A DNA stretch of 64,000 nucleotides, from NCBI GenBank assembly GCA_963706325.1, contig CAVPLT010000004.1, positions 1,024,001-1,088,000 of the forward strand, written 5' to 3'. Shown here in pieces: positions 63,711-64,000 of this stretch; position 1 is the stretch's first letter; every line of letters begins with the position of its first letter. This stretch comes from an uncultured Nitrospiraceae bacterium. Lineage in GTDB: Bacteria; Nitrospirota; Nitrospiria; Nitrospirales; Nitrospiraceae. Under the pieces are notes generated by a model that was not told the origin of the DNA, ran no database searches, and saw nothing but the letters and a program-made list of their open reading frames with translations. Position numbers and translations under genes: made by a program.

Positions 63711-64000
63711 ATGGCCGACATAAATACCCTGAGGAAAACGGACGCGCCCGCACCTAAATTGACGGCCGAGACATTCAAACAGCTGGGGGATCTGATCTAC
63801 GAAATGACCGGCATTCATTTTCAGGATAACAAAACCTATCTTTTGGAAAGCCGGTTGTTGCCTCGCTTGAAAGCCTGTCGATGTCAAACCTTCGAGAGCT
63901 ATCTCAACTACCTGCGCTTCGATGCGTATCGGGATCGCGAAGTCACCGAACTTTACACGGTCATCACCACGAACGAGACGTACTTTTTCCGCGACGAAGC
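63711..64000 (+). CDS. cheR: Chemotaxis methyltransferase CheR, 3'-truncated (absent from the ORF track)
   Basis: Manual translation: MADINTLRK...LIYEMTGIHF..NKTYLLESRL...ITTNETYFFRD; RBS AGGAGAGG. Confidence 0.9.
   Translation, partial: MADINTLRKTDAPAPKLTAETFKQLGDLIYEMTGIHFQDNKTYLLESRLLPRLKACRCQTFESYLNYLRFDAYRDREVTELYTVITTNETYFFRDE

Noticed and set aside
1..64000. CRISPR arrays, rRNA/tRNA genes, IS elements
   Set aside because: No regularly spaced repeats, RNA-gene signatures or transposase ORFs were seen; intergenic gaps are short and mostly explained by promoters.

Overview
The window is almost entirely one flagellar super-cluster from a high-GC Gram-negative bacterium. Gene order and content suggest Nitrospirota/Nitrospira or a deltaproteobacteria-like lineage (inference only). 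Order: 5'-truncated sigma54 response regulator; flgBC-fliEFG-[REC-fliH]-fliIJ-motE-like; fliK-flgDE; fliLMNOPQR-flhBAFG-fliA; degenerate GGDEF gene; flgFGAHIJ; flgMNKL-csrA-fliW; a divergent c-di-GMP/phosphorelay module (hybrid kinase and HD-GYP opposite a PilZ brake); a ~19 kb glycosylation island; fliC-flaG-fliDS-fliT-like-PilZ; a second MinD/FlhG-like ATPase; an HTH_17 gene; and a 3'-truncated cheR. Five points stand out. (1) The island appears to encode an unusual pathway to a deoxy, branched, GDP-heptose-derived flagellar sugar. (2) FliH is fused to an intact receiver domain. (3) flgA is frameshifted at a G7 tract. (4) A GGCA-N5-T(G/T)CC motif, often tandem, lies upstream of all five candidate sigma54 promoters. 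(5) Seven sigma28 promoter matches and CsrA sites in the fliC leader let the regulatory hierarchy be read from the sequence. motAB and gmhAB are not in the window. All calls come from motif and family recognition by eye; no database searches were run.
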